From contig CAVPAZ010000024.1 in assembly GCA_963701725.1 (NCBI GenBank), forward strand, positions 47,580-111,579: a DNA stretch of 64,000 nt, read 5' to 3'. Position numbers and translations under genes: made by a program. This DNA is from an uncultured bacterium. Lineage in GTDB: Bacteria; Pseudomonadota; Gammaproteobacteria; Burkholderiales; Burkholderiaceae_C. Positions 1-10,819 of the stretch are shown here, in pieces (positions within the stretch are counted from its first letter, which is position 1; each line of letters begins with the position of its first letter). Under the pieces are notes generated by a model. The model was not told the origin of the DNA. It ran no database searches and worked only from the letters and a program-made list of their open reading frames with translations.

Positions 1-2
1 GC

Positions 3-542
3 ATCCTCGATTTCAACGACCGCACGACCTGCGTGCTGTTCGGCGACGGCGCCGGCGCGGTGGTGCTCGAAGCCAGCAACGAGCCCGGCATGCTGGCCAG
101 CGAGTTGCACGCCGATGGCCGCCATGTCGGCATCCTGTGCGTGCCCGGGCACGGTGGCCGGCGGCCAGGTGTCGGCGACCCGCTGCTCAAGATGGACGGG
201 CCGGCGGTGTTCAAGCTGGCCGTCGGCGTGCTCGAAGACGTGGCGCGTGCGGTGCTGGCCAAGGCCGGCCGAAGCGAGGCCGACATCGACTGGCTGATCC
301 CGCACCAGGCCAACATCCGCATCATGCAGGGCACGGCGAAGAAGCTGAAGCTGGCGCTGGACAAGTTGATCGTCACCGTCGACGAGCACGGCAACACCTC
401 GGCCGCATCGATGCCGCTGGCGCTGGACGTGGCGGTGCGCAGCGGCCGCATCGCCGCGTGGCGACACGGTGATGCTCGAAGGCGTGGGCGGCGGCTTCAC
501 CTGGGGCGCCGTGCTGCTCGACTTCTCGACACCGCTGCTTGA
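3..542 (+). pseudogene. fabH: 3-oxoacyl-[ACP] synthase III (FabH), 3' part. The 5' end is outside the window and the frame is broken near 459.
   Basis: The frame open from nt 3 (ORF 33..542) reads [23 protein letters not shown]...[12 protein letters not shown]...[16 protein letters not shown]. The conserved tail [18 protein letters not shown] sits in another frame (ORF 469..873). First gene of a fabH-fabD-fabG-acpP-fabF block. Confidence 0.85.
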
Positions 543-562
543 AACGCCTGCAGGACTTCGCG

Positions 563-1504
563 ATGACTTCGTTTGCATTCGTCTTCCCCGGCCAGGGCTC
601 GCAGTCCGTCGGCATGCTCGATGCCTGGGGCGAGCACCCGGCGGTCCGGCAGACGCTGGCCGAGGCCTCCGCGGCGCTCGGCGAAGACATCGCCGCGCTG
701 ATCCACGACGGCCCGAAGGAGCGCTGGACCTGACGACCAATACGCAGCCGGTGATGCTGACGGCCGCCATCGCCTGCTACCGCGCCTGGCTCGCCGAGGG
801 CGGGCTGGTGCCGTCGCCGTGGCCGGCCACTCGCTGGGCGAATACACCGCGCTGGTCGCCGCCGGCGTGCTGACGCTGGCCGATGCGCTGCCGCTGGTGC
901 GCTTTCGCGCGCAGGCGATGCAGGAGGCCGTGCCGGTCGGCGCCGGCGCGATGGCGGCCATCCTGGGCCTCGATGCGCAGGCGGTTCAGGCGGGCTGCGC
1001 GAGGCGGCGGCGGCGAGCGGCGAGGTGGTCGAGGCGGCCAACTTCAACGACCCGAAGCAGACCGTGATCGCCGGCAGCAAGGCCGGCGTCGACAAGGCCT
1101 GCGAAGTGCTCAAGGCCAAGGGCGCCAAGCGCGCGCTGCTGCTGCCGGTCTCGGCGCCGTTCCATTCCAGTCTGATGAAGCCGGCGGCCGAGGCCTGCGC
1201 GAGCGGCTGAGGACGTCCGCTGCGAGCCGTCGCCGAACCGGCGATCCGCGTCGTCAACAACGTCGACGTCGCGGTCGAAAGCGACCCGCGGCCATCCGCG
1301 ACGCGCTGTATCGGCAGGCCTTTGGCCCGGTGCGCTGGGTCGAGGTGGTGCAGGCGCTGCGCGCGCGGGGCTGACGCACATCTTCGAGTGCGGCCCGGGC
1401 AAGCGTGCTGTCCGGCATGGTCAAGCGCATCGATGCCGAAGCCGTCACGATGACGGTGCTCGATCCGGCGAGTCCTGGCCGAGGCGAAGGGGCTGCTGGC
1501 ATGA
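563..1504 (+). pseudogene. fabD: Malonyl-CoA:ACP transacylase (FabD), with at least five frame breaks
   Basis: MTSFAFVFPGQGSQSVGM (ATG 563), GHSLGEYTALVAAGVL, VEAANFNDPKQTVIAG, LLPVSAPFHSSLM and IFECGPGK are scattered over three frames (ORFs 539..733, 469..873, 819..1067, 1025..1210, 883..1374). The reconstructed stop is TGA 1502-1504. Confidence 0.8.
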
Positions 1505-1514
1505 ATGAGTTTCC

Positions 1515-2253
1515 ATGAGAGGCCAGATCGCGCTGGTCACCGGCGCCACGCGCGGCATCGGCCGTGCCATCGCGCCGGCGCTGGCGGGGCACGGCATGAA
1601 GGTCATCGGCACGGCCACCAGCGACGCGGGTGCCGCCGCCATCTGCGAGGCGCTGGTCGGCCTTCTCCGGCTGCCGTGGCATCCTGCTCAATGTCACCGA
1701 CGGCGCGGCGGTGGACGCGGCGGTCGACGCCATCGTCAAGTCAGCAGGGCGGCCTGCACGTGCTGGTCAACAACGCCGGCATCACGCGCGACACGCTGGC
1801 GATGCGCATGAAGGACGACGACTGGGACGCCGTGCTCGACACCAACCTCAAGGCGGTCTTCCGCGCCAGCCGCGCCGCGATCCGTCCGATGATGAAGCAG
1901 CGCTACGGCCGCATCGTCAACATCACCTCGGTCGTCGGTGCGAGCGGCAACGCCGGGCAGGCCAACTACGCCGCCGCCAAGGCCGGCGTCGCGGGCATGA
2001 CGCGCGCGCTGGCGCGCGAACTGGGCAGCCGCAACATCACCGTCAACTGCGTCGCGCCGGGCTTCATCGCCACCGACATGACGGAGGGCCTGCCCGAGGC
2101 GCAGAAGGCGGCGCTGCTGGCGCAAATTCCGCTCGGCCGGCTGGGCAGCGCCGACGAGGTCGCCGCATGCGGTGGAGTTCCTCGCGTCGCCGCGCGGCCG
2201 GCTACATCACCGGCACCGAACTGCACGTCAATGGCGGCATGTACATGAATTGA
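1515..2253 (+). pseudogene. fabG: 3-oxoacyl-[ACP] reductase (FabG), with several frame breaks
   Basis: MRGQIALVTGATRGIGRAIA (ORF 1515..1811), LVNNAGITRD...NITSVVGASGNAGQANYAAAKAGVAGMTRALARE (ORF 1505..2248) and AGYITGTELHVNGGMYMN* (ORF 1630..2253) are SDR motifs TGxxxGIG and YxxxK split over three frames. Confidence 0.85.
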
Positions 2254-2266
2254 GCGCAGCCCCGTG

Positions 2267-2286
2267 GACACCTGCGGCGTCGCCCC
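2267..2286. repeat. REP-like palindromic unit, copy 1 (GACACC-TGC-GGCGTC + GCCCC)
   Basis: gacacctgcggcgtcgcccc matches 2710-2729 at 19 of 20 positions. A third CCTGCGG-cored hairpin, gagtcctgcggactc, lies at 2328-2342. Confidence 0.5.
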
Positions 2287-2455
2287 AAGCCGGATGGCAC
2301 CCCTTGGGGGCTGAGCCCGGACACAAGGAGTCCTGCGGACTCGTCGTGCCTGGCGAAGGGACGGTCCGGTGGCCCGCCGCGGCATGCGAGGCGGAGCGAA
2401 GCGTCTCGGCGGCGTAGAATCGCGGGCTGTTTGAAGCAACACTCCTGGAGGAGTC

Positions 2456-2695
2456 ATGAGCGATATCGAAGCACGCGTCAAGAAGATCATCGCCGAGCAA
2501 CTCGGCGTTCCCGAGTCCGACGTCACCAACGAAAAGGCGTTCGTCGCCGACCTCGGTGCCGACTCGCTCGACACGGTGGAACTGGTGATGGCCCTCGAGG
2601 ACGAGTTCGGCATCGAGATTCCGGACGAAGAGGCCGAGAAGATCACGACGGTGCAACTGGCGATCGACTACGCGGTCGGGCACCAGAAAGCCTGA
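2456..2695 (+). CDS. acpP: Acyl carrier protein
   Basis: Intact 79-aa ORF with the phosphopantetheine site [23 protein letters not shown] lies just upstream of the ATG. Confidence 0.97.
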   Translation: MSDIEARVKKIIAEQLGVPESDVTNEKAFVADLGADSLDTVELVMALEDEFGIEIPDEEAEKITTVQLAIDYAVGHQKA

Positions 2696-2709
2696 AATGA
2701 CGACCCCAA

Positions 2710-2729
2710 GACACCTGCGGTGTCGCCCC
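2710..2729. repeat. REP-like palindromic unit, copy 2 (GACACC-TGC-GGTGTC + GCCCC)
   Basis: Perfect 6-bp palindrome around TGC directly after the acpP stop. It is followed by an 8-bp hairpin, cagtcctc...gaggactg (2742-2773). Confidence 0.5.
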
Positions 2730-2789
2730 CCGAGGGGACCTCAGTCCTCTTGGGAGCGGCCCGGCGAGGACTGAACCGCCAGGCTTCAC

Positions 2790-4035
<1,246 letters not shown>

Positions 4036-4112
4036 TCGTCGGCGCCGCGCGGCGGCCCGGCGTTTCGAAGCAGGAGCACCGATGCGTTTCGCTCCGCCTC
4101 TGCAGACTCACT

Positions 4113-4553
4113 GTGAATCGCTACGAGCTGTGGCGTGCCAGCGCGATGCTGCTTGCCGCCAGCGCCAGCGCGGCGATGATCGCCTGGTGGTGCGCTCAGC
4201 CAGTGCCGACACCGCGCTGGGTGAGCGCCACCGCAGTAATCGGCACTCTGCTCTCACTGGCCTGCGGGGCAGGGCTGTGCCGGATGCAAGCTCTGACGCT
4301 GCGCTGGGACCGCCAGAACTGGCTGGTGATCCGCGACGGCGCTGCCGAACAGGCGGGCTCGCTGGCCGTGGCGATCGATCTGGGTGGCTGGATGCTGCTG
4401 CGTTTCGTGCCGGCAAGCACCGAAGTCGGCATGCCATGGCGTCGCAGGGCGGTCTGGGTCGCGCTGCAGCGGCGAGGTCTCGAGGCCCAGTGGCATGCAC
4501 TGCGCTGCGCGGTGCATTCGGCGCAACCGGCCTTGCCGCCTCTCGGCCTCTGA
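4113..4553 (+). CDS. Small membrane protein of unknown function, possibly YgfX/CptA-like (DUF1434)
   Basis: A GTG at 4113 in the frame of ORF 2790..4553 gives two N-terminal hydrophobic helices ([31 protein letters not shown]). The soluble tail WLVIRDG...[10 protein letters not shown]...WHALRCAV has an architecture resembling E. coli YgfX. Assigned from memory only. Confidence 0.4.
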   Translation: MNRYELWRASAMLLAASASAAMIAWWCAQPVPTPRWVSATAVIGTLLSLACGAGLCRMQALTLRWDRQNWLVIRDGAAEQAGSLAVAIDLGGWMLLRFVPASTEVGMPWRRRAVWVALQRRGLEAQWHALRCAVHSAQPALPPLGL

Positions 4554-4566
4554 GGTCGCTCCCCGC

Positions 4567-5173
4567 ATGAATGTCGACGTCGATGCACCGCTGATCGAAC
4601 GTGTCAAGCAAGGCGACACCCGCGCCTTCGAGATGCTGGTCGTGAAGTACCAGCGTCGGATCGAGCGCCTGATCGGGCGCATGGTGCGCGACGTCGATCT
4701 GGTGCCCGACATCGCCCAGGAGTCCTTTATTCGCGCCTACCGGGCGATTCCGCAGTTCCGGGGCGACAGCGCGTTCTACACCTGGCTGTACCGGATCGCC
4801 GTCAACACCGCCAAGAAGTCGCTGATGGAACTCAAGCGCGACCCACTGGTCTTCGAAACCGCGCTGGCTTCGCGCGACGAGGACGATGAAACTTCGCGTG
4901 TCGAGAACGAACTAAGCGACGGCGAGACGCCGGAGTCCATCATGGCCAGCAAGCAGATCGCGGGTGCGGTGAACTCCGCGATCGAGGCCTTGTCCGACGA
5001 TCTGCGCCAAGCCATCGTCCTGCGCGAGATCGAAGGCCTGAGCTACGAGGAGATCGCCGAGGTGATGAACTGCCCGATCGGTACCGTGAGGTCGCGCATC
5101 TTTCGGGCGCGCGAGGCCATTGCACAGCGGCTGCAGGCCGATGCTCGACGCGCGGGCGGGGGATCGGTGGTGA
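4567..5173 (+). pseudogene. rpoE: ECF sigma factor sigma-E (RpoE/AlgU type), with a frame break in the last ~12 codons
   Basis: MNVDVDAPLIERVKQGDTRAFEMLVVKYQRRI...FYTWLYRIAVNTAKK...LREIEGLSYEEIAEVMNCPIGTVRSRIFRAREAI. An extra base near 5135 hides the expected ...PMLDARAGDRW* (TGA 5171-5173). As given, the ORF runs on to 5235. Confidence 0.88.
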
Positions 5174-5206
5174 CGGAGGCCGTAGGTTTCAATCCGCGCT
5201 CCCGCG

Positions 5207-5899
5207 GTGGGGAATGTCATGCTCAACGGATCTGAAGACAGCGCGCGGTTCATGCAGGGCCTGTCGGCGCTGGCCGACGGTGAACTCGACCCGGCTGCGA
5301 CACTGGACGCCTGTGCGCAGTGGCACGGCGACGCCGTTGCGCGTGCATCGTGGCATGCCTATCACCTGATCGGCGACGTGATGCGGTCCGACGACCTGGC
5401 CACGGACACTGCGCATGACGCCAGCTTCCTGAAGGCCTTGCGCGTGCGCCTTGCCGTTGAACCGGTGGTGCTCGCGCCGCAAAGCGTGGCGGCCAGGGCT
5501 GACAGTATGCAGGCGGCTGCGGAGCGTCGCGCTGCGCGGGGTTCGCGCCGGTCCTGGCTGGGGCCGGCTGCCGTCGCGGCAGGCTTCCTGGCTGTCGCCA
5601 GCGTGTTGGTCTTGACCCGTGGCAGCGCGCCACTCGAGGAAACGAGCAGCATCCTGGCCGAATCCACAGCCCGCGGCAGCGCCGTTCTCGCTGCAGCATT
5701 GCCGGCGCCGGGCACTGCGTCGGCGATAGCCGCGAACGCGCCGGGGCGAGCACAGGCGCTCGTCGCCGACGGCAAGCTGCTGCGCGATGTGCGCCTTGAG
5801 CGCTATTTCGCCGCGCACTCGGAGTTCGGCGGCAGTTCCGCGCTCGGCGTTCCGTCCGGATTCCTGCGCGCGGCCACCAGCCAGACGCCGGATCGCTAG
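5207..5899 (+). CDS. rseA: Anti-sigma-E factor (RseA/MucA-like)
   Basis: Lies immediately after rpoE. The N-terminus LSALADGELD...WHAYHLIGDVMR is typical of the RseA N-terminal domain, and there is a central hydrophobic segment LGPAAVAAGFLAVASVLVL. The start could be 5207 or 5219. Confidence 0.75.
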   Translation: MGNVMLNGSEDSARFMQGLSALADGELDPAATLDACAQWHGDAVARASWHAYHLIGDVMRSDDLATDTAHDASFLKALRVRLAVEPVVLAPQSVAARADSMQAAAERRAARGSRRSWLGPAAVAAGFLAVASVLVLTRGSAPLEETSSILAESTARGSAVLAAALPAPGTASAIAANAPGRAQALVADGKLLRDVRLERYFAAHSEFGGSSALGVPSGFLRAATSQTPDR

Positions 5900-5931
5900 G
5901 TGCGACCGCACCTGCGCCGTCACATCCACCC

Positions 5932-6960
5932 ATGCTGAAGCGCTTGTTGTCCACCATTGCCGTGGCCCTGGCGGCGGGCTGCTGCACGCCCGCCATCGCC
6001 GCCAGTCCGGGAGCGTTCGGTGCCGCCGACTCGCCGCTCGCGCCGCACGAGACGAGGGCCTGGCTGGTGCGCATCCACGAGGCCGCCAGCCATCGGAATT
6101 TCCAGGGTACGTTCGTGGTCAGCGCGGGCGGCACGGTGTCGAGCTCGCGGATCGCGCATTTCTGTGTCGGCGCGAGCCAGTTCGAGCGGATCGAGTCGCT
6201 CGACGGACAAATGCGGCGTGTCTTCCGGCGCGATGACGTGGTGCACACGCTGTGGCCGCAAAGCAGGGTTGCGCTGGTCGAGCAGCGCGACCTGCTGGCG
6301 ACGTTTCCGGCGTTACTGCAGACGGGTGGCGACCGCATCGTCGTCTTCTACGATGTGCGCTCGCAGGGCAGGGAGCGCATGGCAGGCCGGGACGCCGATG
6401 TGTTGCTGCTGCGACCGAAGGACGAATGGCGCTACGGCTATCGCCTGTGGGCCGACCGGGACACCGGCCTGTTGCTGCGCGTCGAGGTGCTGGGCGAGCG
6501 CGGCGAGGTGCTCGAATCGTCGGCCTTCTCGGACTTGACCATCGGCATCAAGGCGCAGCCCGACAGCGTATTGCTGCCGATGAAGAAGCTCGACGGGTAC
6601 CGGGTCGTGCGTCCTACGCTGACGCCGGCGCGGCTCGACGTCGAGGGCTGGACGCTGCGGCAGGGCGTGCCTGGCTTCGAACAGGTGAGCTGTGTCAGGC
6701 GACTGCTCACCGGAATGACCGATGGCGGCGACGATGCTGCGGCCCAGGTGCTGCAGGCGATCTACTCCGACGGGTTGACCCATGTTTCGGTGTTCATCGA
6801 GCCCTACGACTCGGCCCGGCACCTGCGTGGCATGCATGCCGCGATCGGCGCCACGCAGTCGCTGATGCGCCGCCTGGGCGACTGGTGGGTGACGGTGGTC
6901 GGCGATGTTCCGGCAGCGACTCTGCACCAGTTCGCAAATGCCCTGGAGTACAGGAAGTAG
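5932..6960 (+). CDS. rseB: Sigma-E regulatory protein RseB/MucB
   Basis: Intact 342-aa ORF with a signal peptide and AWLVRIHEAASHRNFQGTFVV...YGYRLWADRDTGLLLR. Conserved position after rseA. Confidence 0.85.
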   Translation: MLKRLLSTIAVALAAGCCTPAIAASPGAFGAADSPLAPHETRAWLVRIHEAASHRNFQGTFVVSAGGTVSSSRIAHFCVGASQFERIESLDGQMRRVFRRDDVVHTLWPQSRVALVEQRDLLATFPALLQTGGDRIVVFYDVRSQGRERMAGRDADVLLLRPKDEWRYGYRLWADRDTGLLLRVEVLGERGEVLESSAFSDLTIGIKAQPDSVLLPMKKLDGYRVVRPTLTPARLDVEGWTLRQGVPGFEQVSCVRRLLTGMTDGGDDAAAQVLQAIYSDGLTHVSVFIEPYDSARHLRGMHAAIGATQSLMRRLGDWWVTVVGDVPAATLHQFANALEYRK

Positions 6961-7055
6961 TGCTCACCCCGCGACCGCGGCCGGCGTGCCGTGCCAGCCC
7001 TCGCTCGGCGATCGTGCCGGGCACAGGACCATCTCCTTTCAACCGAGGTTCTCTC

Positions 7056-8459
7056 ATGGTCGCTCGAGTTCCCTTCCGGTCGGGCGGCGCCTGGCGCCTG
7101 CGGTGCATGGCGCTCGCGCTCTGCGCTTGGGTCGCACTGGCGCCTGTGGCGGCACGAGCGCAGCAAGTTCCAGACTTCGTCGAATTGATCGAGAAGGTGG
7201 CTCCAGCGGTGGTCAACATCCGCACCACCGAGCGGGCTTCCGAGGGGCCGCGTTCACCGTTTCGTCGGCGCGCTCCGGTGCCCCCTGGCGAGGAAGCACC
7301 GCGGGGCGAAGGTTCGGGGTTCATCATCAGCGCCGACGGCTATGTGATGAGCAACGCCCATGTGGTCGAGGGCGCGAGCGAGGTGCTGGTCACGTTGGTC
7401 GACAAGCGGGAGTTCAAGGCCAGGATCGTCGGCGCCGACGAACGCAGCGATGTGGCGCTGCTGAAGATTGACGCGAGCGGATTGCCCACCGTCAGGATCG
7501 GCGACGTGAGCCGGCTGCGCGTCGGCGAATGGGTGCTCGCCATCGGGTCGCCGTTCGGGCTGGAAAGCACCGTCACTGCCGGCATCGTGAGCGCCAAGCA
7601 GCGCGAGACCGGATCGGACATCGCCTTCATCCAGACCGACGTGGCGGTGAACCCCGGCAATTCGGGCGGGCCGCTGATCAGCACTCGCGGCGAAGTGGTC
7701 GGTGTGAACTCGCAGATCCTGAGCCCGGTGGGCAGCTACATCGGCATCTCGTTTGCGATCCCGATCGACGAGGCGATGCGGGTGGCCGACCAGCTTCGCA
7801 GCGGCGGCCGAGTCGTGCGCGGCTACCTCGGCATCCAGCCGACCGACGTGCCGCGTGAGCTTGCCGAGGAGTACGGTCTCGCCAACGGCAAGGGCAAGAC
7901 GCGCGGCGCCTTCGTGCGCCAGGTGGTGCCTGGCGCGCCGGGAGAGAAGGCAGGCATGCAGCCGGGCGACGTGGTGTTGTCGGTCAATGGCCGAACGGTG
8001 GAGGGTGCGGTCGACCTGCGGCGCACGCTCGGCGCCTTCAAGCCCGGGACGGCAGTGACCCTCCAGATCAACCGGCGCGGCAAGGTCATCGACATCAAGG
8101 CGAACCTGGCCGAGGTCGCGCCGCAGACGGCGGTGGTCGAGCGAGGCGAACCGGCGGTGGCCGAGCAGCGCACGTCCGGTGCCGCGAAGGCGTGGGGGCT
8201 GGCGGTCGTGAACCTCAGCGAAGCAGAGCGCCAGAGCATGCGTGGTGCGGGCGGTGTCAAGGTCACCGCGGTGACTGGAGGCGCCGAATCAGTCGGCATG
8301 CGTGCGGGTGACGTGATCCTGGGTGTGGGCGCGTCGGACATTGCCGACGTGAAGCAGTTCGAAGCCGTGCTGGCCAAGGTCGACAAGACGCGTTCATTGC
8401 CGGTGACGGTCTTGCGCGGCGACTGGGCATCTTTCGTGAGAGTCCCAGCCGCCAGGTAG
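7056..8459 (+). CDS. degP: Periplasmic serine endoprotease DegP/MucD (HtrA family, two PDZ domains)
   Basis: ATG 7056 in the frame of ORF 6252..8459, with a signal peptide ending AARAQQ. Triad contexts are SNAHVVEG, SDVALLKI and GNSGGPL. Confidence 0.9.
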   Translation: MVARVPFRSGGAWRLRCMALALCAWVALAPVAARAQQVPDFVELIEKVAPAVVNIRTTERASEGPRSPFRRRAPVPPGEEAPRGEGSGFIISADGYVMSNAHVVEGASEVLVTLVDKREFKARIVGADERSDVALLKIDASGLPTVRIGDVSRLRVGEWVLAIGSPFGLESTVTAGIVSAKQRETGSDIAFIQTDVAVNPGNSGGPLISTRGEVVGVNSQILSPVGSYIGISFAIPIDEAMRVADQLRSGGRVVRGYLGIQPTDVPRELAEEYGLANGKGKTRGAFVRQVVPGAPGEKAGMQPGDVVLSVNGRTVEGAVDLRRTLGAFKPGTAVTLQINRRGKVIDIKANLAEVAPQTAVVERGEPAVAEQRTSGAAKAWGLAVVNLSEAERQSMRGAGGVKVTAVTGGAESVGMRAGDVILGVGASDIADVKQFEAVLAKVDKTRSLPVTVLRGDWASFVRVPAAR

Positions 8460-8872
8460 CGCATCGAGCCAAGGCTGGTGCCGCGTTTCGCTACCTCCGA
8501 CTCCAATCGGCGGATTTCCTGCAATGTGAAATCGATGGACCTTGGGCCCATATCCGACGACCTCGGGCGCCGCTTCAGCTGCGAGCCAGGCGATGTCAGC
8601 AAGTACAAACATCACCGTCTTCGGGCTGGATTGAGCCTTCGTTCGCATAGAATGCAGTGGCCGAGCAAGTCCTTTATATGTGTCTGCGTATAGGACTTGG
8701 AGCAACCGTAACTATCCCCAGCTTATCTACTGGACATTGTTGATAAACTGTTGATAACTATTCATGTTGGCGGCGTGCAACGGCGTGAAATCAAGCAACG
8801 GCGCGGTTTCCAGCCAGGGTCTTTTGGCTACAATGAAAGCCCAACAAGCAGTTGCCAAACATTTTGTTGGAA

Positions 8873-8904
8873 GGCGCGTCAATCGTTCGACGTGCCTTTT
8901 TTTT
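8873..8904 (+). terminator. Rho-independent terminator with no obvious gene in front of it
   Basis: Stem ggcgcgtc(8873-8880)/gacgtgcc(8889-8896) is 8 bp with one G-U pair. The loop is aatcgttc, followed by eight T (8897-8904). It lies ~415 nt after the degP stop inside an AT-rich island. Confidence 0.6.
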
Positions 8905-9010
8905 GGTTTCGGCACGGCCCTTCGGGCCTTCACATCGCTTCGCGATATGAGTCTTCACCGCAACGGCTTCGCCGTTGTGGTTTCAGCCTGAAGCAGCGCA
9001 GCGCGTTTCC

Positions 9011-10819
9011 ATGGATCACATCCGCAACTTCTCCATCATTGCCCACATCGACCATGGCAAGTCGACGCTTGCCGATCGCATCATTCATCGCTGTGGCGGC
9101 TTGAGCGATCGCGAGATGGAGTCGCAAGTGCTCGACTCGATGGACATCGAGCGTGAGCGGGGTATCACGATCAAGGCACAGACCGCGGCGCTCACCTACA
9201 CCGCGCGCGACGGGCAGGTCTATCAGCTCAACCTGATCGACACCCCGGGCCACGTCGACTTCTCGTACGAAGTCAGCCGTTCGCTATCGGCCTGCGAGGG
9301 TGCCTTGCTGGTAGTCGACGCGAGCCAGGGTGTCGAGGCGCAGACGGTCGCCAACTGCTATACCGCGCTCGATCTCGGCGTCGAAGTGGTGCCCGTGCTC
9401 AACAAGATGGACCTCCCGCAGGCCGATCCCGAGAACGCCAAGGCCGAGATCGAGGACGTGATCGGCATCGATGCGGCGCACGCCATCCCCTGCAGTGCGA
9501 AGACCGGCGAAGGCATCGACGACATCCTCGAAGCGGTGATTGCTCGGATGCCGCCGCCGCGCGGCAAGCCCGATGCGCCGTTGCGCGCGATGATCGTCGA
9601 CTCCTGGTTCGACAACTACGTCGGCGTGGTGATGCTCGTACGAGTGGTCGACGGATCGCTGTCCAAGGGCGAGCGCATCCGCATGATGGCCAGCGATGCC
9701 GTCTATTCGGCCGACTCGCTCGGCGTGTTCACACCGAAGTCGGTGCCACGCGATCGCCTGAGTGCGGGCGAAGTGGGCTTCGTCATCGCCGGCATCAAGG
9801 AACTCCAGGCGGCCAAGGTCGGCGATACGATCACGCTCGAGAAGAAGCTGCCCAACAACCTCGGCGTGGCCACCGAGGCGCTGCCCGGCTTCAAGGAGAT
9901 CCAGCCGCAGGTCTTCGCCGGGCTGTACCCGACCGAGGCGAGCGAATACGACCAGCTACGCGACGCGCTGGAGAAGCTGAAGCTGAACGACTCGTCGCTG
10001 CGCTACGAGCCCGAGGTCAGCCAGGCGCTCGGCTTCGGCTTTCGCTGCGGCTTTCTCGGCCTGCTGCACATGGAGATCGTGCAGGAGCGCCTCGAGCGCG
10101 AGTTCGACCAGGACCTGATCACCACCGCACCGTCGGTGGTCTACCAGGTCGAGCTCAACAACGGCGACGTGCTGCAGGTCGAGAACCCGTCGAAGATGCC
10201 CGATCTGGGGCGCATCCGCGAGATCCGCGAGCCGATCGTCACGGTACAGCTCTACATGCCGCAGGACTGCGTCGGGCCGGTCATGACGCTCGCGAACCAG
10301 AAGCGCGGCAACCAGATCAACATGGCCTACCACGGCCGCCAAGTCATGCTGACCTACGAGATGCCGCTGGCCGAGATCGTGCTCGACTTCTTCGACAAGC
10401 TCAAGAGCGTTTCGCGCGGTTATGCCTCGATGGACTATGCGTTCAAGGAATACCGCGCGGCCGACGTCGTCAAGGTCGACATCCTGCTCAATGGCGACCG
10501 CGTCGATGCGCTGTCGATCATCGTCCACCGCAGCCAGAGCTTGTACCGCAGTCGCGCCGTGGTGGCCAAGATGCGCGAGCTGATTTCGCGCCAGCAGTAC
10601 GACGTGGCGATCCAGGCCGCGATCGGGGCCAACATCATCGCGCGTGAGACAATCAAGGCCCTGCGCAAGAACGTCATCGCCAAGTGCTACGGCGGCGATA
10701 TCACCCGCAAGCGCAAGCTGCTCGAAAAGCAGAAGGCCGGCAAGAAGCGCATGAAACAGATCGGCACCGTCGAGGTGCCGCAAGAAGCGTTCCTGGCCAT
10801 ACTTCAAGTGGACGACTGA
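9011..10819 (+). CDS. lepA: Elongation factor 4 (LepA)
   Basis: [23 protein letters not shown]...[10 protein letters not shown]. Intact ORF with ATG 9011 in the frame of ORF 8975..10819. Confidence 0.97.
   Translation: MDHIRNFSIIAHIDHGKSTLADRIIHRCGGLSDREMESQVLDSMDIERERGITIKAQTAALTYTARDGQVYQLNLIDTPGHVDFSYEVSRSLSACEGALLVVDASQGVEAQTVANCYTALDLGVEVVPVLNKMDLPQADPENAKAEIEDVIGIDAAHAIPCSAKTGEGIDDILEAVIARMPPPRGKPDAPLRAMIVDSWFDNYVGVVMLVRVVDGSLSKGERIRMMASDAVYSADSLGVFTPKSVPRDRLSAGEVGFVIAGIKELQAAKVGDTITLEKKLPNNLGVATEALPGFKEIQPQVFAGLYPTEASEYDQLRDALEKLKLNDSSLRYEPEVSQALGFGFRCGFLGLLHMEIVQERLEREFDQDLITTAPSVVYQVELNNGDVLQVENPSKMPDLGRIREIREPIVTVQLYMPQDCVGPVMTLANQKRGNQINMAYHGRQVMLTYEMPLAEIVLDFFDKLKSVSRGYASMDYAFKEYRAADVVKVDILLNGDRVDALSIIVHRSQSLYRSRAVVAKMRELISRQQYDVAIQAAIGANIIARETIKALRKNVIAKCYGGDITRKRKLLEKQKAGKKRMKQIGTVEVPQEAFLAILQVDD

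Noticed and set aside
8721-8757. DnaA-box cluster / replication origin in the AT-rich island
   Set aside because: There are only near-matches (TTATCAACA twice, TTATCTACT once). There is no DUE-type AT-rich 13-mer array and no dnaA/dnaN/gidA neighbourhood. The location between degP and lepA is not an origin context.
8394-9104. ORFs inside the degP-lepA spacer (8394..8705 minus; 8478..8693, 8751..9104 and 8764..8991 plus) as real genes or a decayed mobile element
   Set aside because: They have no Shine-Dalgarno sequences or recognisable domains, and some run through a strong terminator. I could not support an integrase or transposase remnant.
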